This document shows positions 59,318 to 64,000 of a stretch of 64,000 nt of DNA, one piece after another. Position 1 is the first letter of the stretch. Each line of letters starts with the position of its first letter. The stretch comes from Ostreococcus lucimarinus (lineage: Eukaryota). The notes below the pieces were generated by a model. It saw nothing but the letters and a program-made list of their open reading frames with translations, did not search any database and was not told where the DNA came from. Position numbers and translations under genes: made by a program. The DNA lies in NCBI GenBank assembly GCA_000092065.1, contig CP000583.1, one strand, 5' to 3'.

Positions 59318-61231
59318 ATGGCAGGCGGTGTTGCGGTGGCGTCGGGAGAGATCCGGCACGGCGATAGGGTCTTCAGTGGGAACTCTGGCCCCGCGCAGCG
59401 CGAACAACCCATAAACAAAGAACTCATCGCGCACTTCAAAAGCAAGGGAGACAGTGTGTCCTGGGGCATCGCTGCAAGCATAGAGAACTACGAGGAGGAT
59501 ACGAAGAGGCCAGTGTTGTCGGGCGCATGCATCGCGTCGCTCTACGACCAAGAGACCGAGCGCGAGTTGGCAGAGGAGGTGGAGAACAGAATTGAGCGGG
59601 TGCTAAGCGACGACGCAGCCTTGTTGAAAATACGTCGATATTTGAAGACCTTCCACGCGGACGAGCGCGAATGGGATGTGAGAACGTGTGCAGCGGCGGC
59701 TCGAGGGGGCAACTTGGAGTGTTTGAAATATCTGCACGAGCACGGGTGCGCGTGGGATAAGAGTGCGTGTGAAGCGGCGGCTCAAGGTGACCACTTGGAG
59801 TGTTTGAAATATCTGCATGCGAACGGGTGCACATGCGATGAGAGTGCGTGTTTAGCAGCGGCTGAAGGTGGTCACTTGGAGTGTTTGAAATATCTGCACG
59901 AGCACGGGTACCCATGGAGTGAGTGGGTGAGTTTAGCAGCGGCCGAAGGCGGTCACTTGGAGTGTTTGAAATATCTGCACGAGCACGGGTGCGTATGGAA
60001 TAAGAAAACGTGTCGAGCAGCGGCTCGAGGTGGCGACTTGGAGTGTTTGAAATATCTGCACGAGCACGGGTGCGCGTGGGATGAGAGTGCGTGTGAAGCG
60101 GCGGCTCGATGTGGTCATTTGGAGTGTTTGAAATATCTGCATGAGCACGGGTGCCCGTGCGATGAGAGTGCGTGTGAAGCGGCGGCTAGCTGTGGCGACT
60201 TGGAGTTTTTGAAAGACCTGCACGAGCACGGGTGCCCATGGGATGAGAGTGCGTGTGAAGCGGCGGCTCTAGGTGGTCACTTGGAGTGTTTGAAATATCT
60301 GCACGAGCACGGGTGCGTATGGAATAAGAAAACGTGTCGAGCAGCGGCTCGAGGTGGCGACTTGGAGTGTTTGAAATATCTGCACGAGCACGGGTGCGCG
60401 TGGGATAAGAGTGCGTGTTCTGCAGCGGCTGGACGCGGTCACTTGGAGTGTTTGAAATATCTGCACGAGCACGGGTACCCATGGAGTGAGTGGGTGAGTT
60501 TAGCAGCGGCCGAAGGCGGTCACTTGGAGTGTTTGAAATATCTGCACGAGCACGGGTGCGTATGGAATAAGAAAACGTGTCGAGCAGCGGCTCGAGGTGG
60601 CGACTTGGAGTGTTTGAAATATCTGCACGAGCACGGGTGCCCGTGCGATGAGAGTGCGTGTGAAGCGGCGGCTAGCTGTGGCGACTTGGAGTTTTTGAAA
60701 GACCTGCACGAGCACGGGTGCCCATGGGATGAGAGTGCGTGTGAAGCGGCGGCTCTAGGTGGTCACTTGGAGTGTTTGAAATATCTGCACGAGCACGGGT
60801 GCGTATGGAATAAGAAAACGTGTCGAGCAGCGGCTCGAGGTGGCGACTTGGAGTGTTTGAAATATCTGCACGAGCACGGGTGCCCGTGCGATGAGAGTGC
60901 GTGTGAAGCGGCGGCTAGCTGTGGCGACTTGGAGTGTTTGAAATATCTGCGCGAGCACGGGTGCCCGTGCGATGAGAGTGCGTGTGAAGCGGCGGCTCTA
61001 GGTGGTCACTTGGAGTTTTTGAAAGACCTGCATGAGCACGGGTGCGCATGGGATAAGAGTGCGTGTTCTGCAGCGGCTCGAGGTGGTCACTCGGAGTGCT
61101 TGAAGTACTTGCACACGCACGGGTGCCCCGGGAATAAGCGTGCGTCTGAAGCGGCGGCTGGAGGTGACGTCATGGAGTGTTTGAGTTTGAAGTACTTGCA
61201 TAGATCGCTCAAACGAAAGATTTACAGGTAG
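59318..61231 (+). CDS. Ankyrin-like repeat protein: about 18 tandem 27-aa units of HLECLKYLHEHGC(P/A)WD(E/K)SAC.AAA.GG
   Basis: ATG at 59318. The first 58 codons of the ORF-track entry overlap the CPT gene and were excluded. The repeat shares the AA..GHLE.LK.L...G core with ankyrin repeats but is 27 aa rather than 33 aa. Confidence 0.75.
   Translation: MAGGVAVASGEIRHGDRVFSGNSGPAQREQPINKELIAHFKSKGDSVSWGIAASIENYEEDTKRPVLSGACIASLYDQETERELAEEVENRIERVLSDDAALLKIRRYLKTFHADEREWDVRTCAAAARGGNLECLKYLHEHGCAWDKSACEAAAQGDHLECLKYLHANGCTCDESACLAAAEGGHLECLKYLHEHGYPWSEWVSLAAAEGGHLECLKYLHEHGCVWNKKTCRAAARGGDLECLKYLHEHGCAWDESACEAAARCGHLECLKYLHEHGCPCDESACEAAASCGDLEFLKDLHEHGCPWDESACEAAALGGHLECLKYLHEHGCVWNKKTCRAAARGGDLECLKYLHEHGCAWDKSACSAAAGRGHLECLKYLHEHGYPWSEWVSLAAAEGGHLECLKYLHEHGCVWNKKTCRAAARGGDLECLKYLHEHGCPCDESACEAAASCGDLEFLKDLHEHGCPWDESACEAAALGGHLECLKYLHEHGCVWNKKTCRAAARGGDLECLKYLHEHGCPCDESACEAAASCGDLECLKYLREHGCPCDESACEAAALGGHLEFLKDLHEHGCAWDKSACSAAARGGHSECLKYLHTHGCPGNKRASEAAAGGDVMECLSLKYLHRSLKRKIYR
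59690..61150. repeat. Tandem array of near-identical 81-bp coding repeats with duplicated higher-order blocks of about 250-490 bp
   Basis: cacttggagtgtttgaaatatctgcacgagcacgggtgc recurs every 81 bp. The block 59880..60080 repeats at 60470..60660. The block 60148..60400 repeats at 60640..60890, almost base for base. Confidence 0.85.
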
Positions 61232-61254
61232 CGGAAAAATTACGCGAATTGAAA

Positions 61255-62580
61255 TCAAATACCTACGAAATCGGCGTACGCCGGACAGAGCCTACGACAG
61301 TGGCGAAATAAACGCATCGCTTCCATGGCGTCGCCCGAGGTCTCCGCGTCCACGGCGCGCTTGTGCAGGGCGTACGCCTCGGCGCCGACGGCGTCGGCGA
61401 ACGCCGGCGGCTCGCGAGCGTACATGACGTCGGTGCGAATGATGAATTTCACCGCGCCCTCGCCCACGGGCGCGCCCTCGTGCGGAATGTCTTGTCGAAA
61501 CACCAGAGCAGTGCCTCGCGCGCACGGCGCGGCGTCGGCGATCCATTCATCCGGCCAACGGTATCGATCGTCCTCGTCGCGCACGAATTTCGACGGCTCA
61601 AAGTCGCTCGGCGGCGCGAACATCGACGTCTCCCCACCTCGCGCGCAATCGTTCAGGTACACCAAGACGCTATAAAACGAACGCGTATTGAAATCTTCGA
61701 TCGTCGCCCCGTCGGTGTGCGGTGAAAAGTGCCCGCGTCCAGAGTATCGATTAAACAACAAGTGTTCGTTCACGCCTCGCGCCACCCATCGTCCGCGCGC
61801 CCCCGCGCCGTGCGTCTCATCCTCCTCAATCGTGATCTCCGGCGTCGCGTGCGGTTTCAATCGCGCCCACAGCGCTTCCGCGACCGTCTTCGACATCACC
61901 TCCACCGTATCCGCGTTCCTGAACGATTTTCTATTCCTCGCCTCCGCGTCCTCGTGCCAAAAGCTCAACCGTCCCGACCGCCGCGCGGCGTCCACCAGCC
62001 TTTCGCACTCCGTCGCCGTCAGCACGTCCCGCGCGACGAACGCATCGAGCGGGCTCGCGCACCTTCGCGCGCTCGTCGTCGCTTCGTCACCGCGTCGCTC
62101 GACCGCGTCGTCGAACGGTTTCGCGTCTTCGGCGCACGCCTTCTCCACGGGCGTCACCGCGCTCTTATCGACGTCCACGAACGCGCGCGACATCGCCTCG
62201 ACGACGGCGTCGACGACGGTCGCGTCGCCGCCGCCGTCGTCGCCGCCGCGCGCGTCGACGCTCGACCGTTCGGTCGACCGTTCGCGGCGCGGCGCGGCGA
62301 GCTGTGCGGCACTGTCGAGCGCGATGGAACGCGTCGCGCGCGCGTCGTCGCGCGCGGCGACGGTCGGGGCGTCGCGTGCGGGGACGGGGAACGCGCGCGC
62401 GACGACGGCGTCGCGCGGCGCGCGCGCGACGACGGCGCGGCGCGCGCCGGCGGCGGCGTTTCTTTCGTCGGTGTCTCGAAAGTGTCGTCGCGGAAGGACG
62501 ACGACGACGGGAGCGCTGGCGATTCCGGACACCGCGTTCACGGTGGCGACGATGGCGGTGATGCCGATGTACGCGCTCAT
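61255..62580 (-). CDS. Prolyl 4-hydroxylase-like 2OG-Fe(II) oxygenase. The start is uncertain: ATG at 62580 or internal ATG at 62193.
   Basis: Catalytic core LFNRYSGRGHFSPHTDG (HxD) ...FYSVLVYLND...GGETSMFAP...VFRQDIPHEGAPVGEGAVKFIIRTDVMY carries the second His and the basic residue. The N-terminal 130 codons are A/R/V-rich and overlap the divergent ABA4 start. Confidence 0.65.
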   Translation of the reverse strand: MSAYIGITAIVATVNAVSGIASAPVVVVLPRRHFRDTDERNAAAGARRAVVARAPRDAVVARAFPVPARDAPTVAARDDARATRSIALDSAAQLAAPRRERSTERSSVDARGGDDGGGDATVVDAVVEAMSRAFVDVDKSAVTPVEKACAEDAKPFDDAVERRGDEATTSARRCASPLDAFVARDVLTATECERLVDAARRSGRLSFWHEDAEARNRKSFRNADTVEVMSKTVAEALWARLKPHATPEITIEEDETHGAGARGRWVARGVNEHLLFNRYSGRGHFSPHTDGATIEDFNTRSFYSVLVYLNDCARGGETSMFAPPSDFEPSKFVRDEDDRYRWPDEWIADAAPCARGTALVFRQDIPHEGAPVGEGAVKFIIRTDVMYAREPPAFADAVGAEAYALHKRAVDAETSGDAMEAMRLFRHCRRLCPAYADFVGI

Positions 62581-63016
62581 GATCGCGAGCCCGCGGTCGA
62601 AGCGCGTGCTCGCGATGGTGGAGTCGAAGGCGTTGTTTTGGGTGCTCGGAGCGTGTTATCTGTGCGCGGCGGGGGCGTCGTTGGCCTCGGCGCACGTGTT
62701 CGACGCGGCGAGAGCGGTGCTGAATGATCGTTCAGCGCCTTTGGTGACGAAATTCGTGACGCTGGTGAGCGAATTCATGGCGACGTCGGAGACGGCGGCG
62801 AGCGCGTGGGTACACCTGTTGTCGTTGGATTTCTTCGTGGCGAGATTCGTGTACTTGGATTCGGCCAAGTATAGCTCGAGCGCGGGGGATTTGGTGGCGC
62901 GGATACCGGTACGGCACTCACTTATTTTGTGCTGCATGTTCGGACCGCTCGGGCTGATTTCGCACGCGCTGACGCGGGCAATTTGGAACACGTACGTCGT
63001 CGTCGACGTGGTGTGA
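62325..63016 (+). CDS. ABA4: ABA4/DUF4281-family plastid membrane protein (neoxanthin-synthesis-related). The start is tentative.
   Basis: FTVATMAVMPMYALMIASP...SETAASAWVHLLSLDFFVARFVYLDSAKYS...VRHSLILCCMFGPLGLISHALTRAIW is collinear with Arabidopsis ABA4 (AVLPFYTLMVVAP...[24 protein letters not shown]...[26 protein letters not shown]). An R/A/S/T-rich transit-peptide-like leader begins at ATG 62325. Confidence 0.55.
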
Positions 63017-63091
63017 CGCGACGCCGACGACCGAAGATCGGAAGTTTGTCGAATGTATCAATACAAAAGAATGCTGTGATTTGAATTTGAA

Positions 63092-63991
63092 TTATTGCGC
63101 CTCCTCCGTAGCCTTGCGCTTGTTTGCCGCCGGCACGTTGATTTTGAACAACCCGGGATTAGCGGCGTGCGAGCTCTCGCCAGATTTGAAGTCTGCTTTC
63201 GCCGCCTTGACGAGCGCGTTGACGCGAGCGATGTAGTCGGGGATGCTAAACTTCTTCTTTGTGCTGTCGTACGCCATGTATCGAATCTTGCCGAAAACTT
63301 CGCGTTCTTTCCAACCTTGATCGTGCACGCCCACGATGGACCACATGCATCCGACGTAGCCGCTCGGATCGCGACCATCCAGCGAGTACGTGTCGTTCAA
63401 ATAAATTGCAAACTTCAACGCTTGCTCGGGCGACTCGGTCCACTCGAGAATCTTCTTCGCCCAATACATTCGACAAAAGCCGTGCATCTTACCTCCATAA
63501 CGCAACTCTCGCTGGGCGGCGTTCCACAGATCGTCGTGCGTCTTCGCCCGCTCGAGTTCTTCGAGCGAGTACAAGTACGGACGCTTGTCACTCGCATGCA
63601 GGCGAAGCGTGTCCTTGGCCCAGTCGTACTTTTGTCCCTCAATCTGATCGTACTTCGGGCTGTAGTAGCAAAAGTTGTCGGACAACTCTCGACGAACGAC
63701 GAGCTCTTCGAAGAACGACTCATACGCGGGCGGCGACGCCTTTCCGACGGCTTTCTTTGCCTCGAGCGCGCATCGCTGACCAGAAATCTGCCCAAAGTGC
63801 AGCCAAGGCGACAGCCCGCTCAGCGCCTGCGGCTTGGATGGATCGTTGCGCTTCTCGTACAACTTCATGCGTGAGTTCACAAAGTCGTCCAAAACAGCGT
63901 GCGCCGCGGTTTCGCCCGGGATCGCCCACGTCACTTCCGGCACCGCTTGCCCGCGCGACAGCGCCTCGGCGATGATGTCGTCCCACTTCAC
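63092..63991 (-). CDS. Class II CPD photolyase, C-terminal FAD-binding part. The N-terminal part lies beyond the window end.
   Basis: LSGLSPWLHFGQISGQRCALEAKK matches the class II signature LSPYLHFGQIS. Also WAKKILEWTESPEQALKFAIYLNDTYSLDGRDPSGYVGCMWSI. The ORF runs to the window edge. Confidence 0.85.
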   Translation of the reverse strand: MKWDDIIAEALSRGQAVPEVTWAIPGETAAHAVLDDFVNSRMKLYEKRNDPSKPQALSGLSPWLHFGQISGQRCALEAKKAVGKASPPAYESFFEELVVRRELSDNFCYYSPKYDQIEGQKYDWAKDTLRLHASDKRPYLYSLEELERAKTHDDLWNAAQRELRYGGKMHGFCRMYWAKKILEWTESPEQALKFAIYLNDTYSLDGRDPSGYVGCMWSIVGVHDQGWKEREVFGKIRYMAYDSTKKKFSIPDYIARVNALVKAAKADFKSGESSHAANPGLFKINVPAANKRKATEEAQ

Positions 63992-64000
63992 CGCGTCGAG

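Noticed and set aside
59690-61150. Possible CRISPR array because of the regular repeats
   Set aside because: The 81-bp units are contiguous with no unique spacers, lie in frame within a long ORF and encode an ankyrin-like protein. This is a eukaryotic coding tandem repeat.
1-64000. tRNA or rRNA genes
   Set aside because: No cloverleaf-compatible sequence was found. T-loop-like GTTCGAATCC strings at 25891 and 42751 lack acceptor and D-arm context. No rRNA-like conserved blocks.

Overview
GC-rich (~65-70%), very gene-dense eukaryotic nuclear DNA. About 39 protein-coding genes in 64 kb, almost perfectly alternating in strand, with spacers usually under 100 bp; some head-to-head gaps are 11-15 bp and some tail-to-tail gaps 24-77 bp. 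The content points to a compact green-lineage picoalga such as the Mamiellophyceae, but this is inference with no database search. Supporting evidence: cytosolic eukaryotic housekeeping genes (60S RPL12, COPI delta, Sec63, TFIIE-beta, NOP53, AK6/Fap7, VPS13-like, Strawberry-notch-like helicase, BAH-PHD reader), next to plastid and mitochondrial-type genes (sedoheptulose-1,7-bisphosphatase, Stt7/STN7-like kinase, ABA4/DUF4281, class II CPD photolyase, MnmE/GTPBP3, mitochondrial carrier, glyoxalase II, RumA-like methyltransferase). Most genes are single uninterrupted ORFs. At least two genes (delta-COP, Sec63) seem to carry an intron placed directly after the ATG, with a shared ATG|GTGCGAC donor and an ACTGAC branch motif; two more (RPL12, SBPase) show the same branch motif just upstream of the ATG. 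GC3 bias creates many long antisense or out-of-frame ORFs rich in R/A/S; I rejected these on composition. No rRNA, tRNA, CRISPR or transposon was recognised. Repeats of note are an array of near-identical 81-bp coding repeats (27-aa ankyrin-like units) and a TCGATCGA palindromic tandem array in a bidirectional promoter. All domain assignments rest on motifs recalled from memory.
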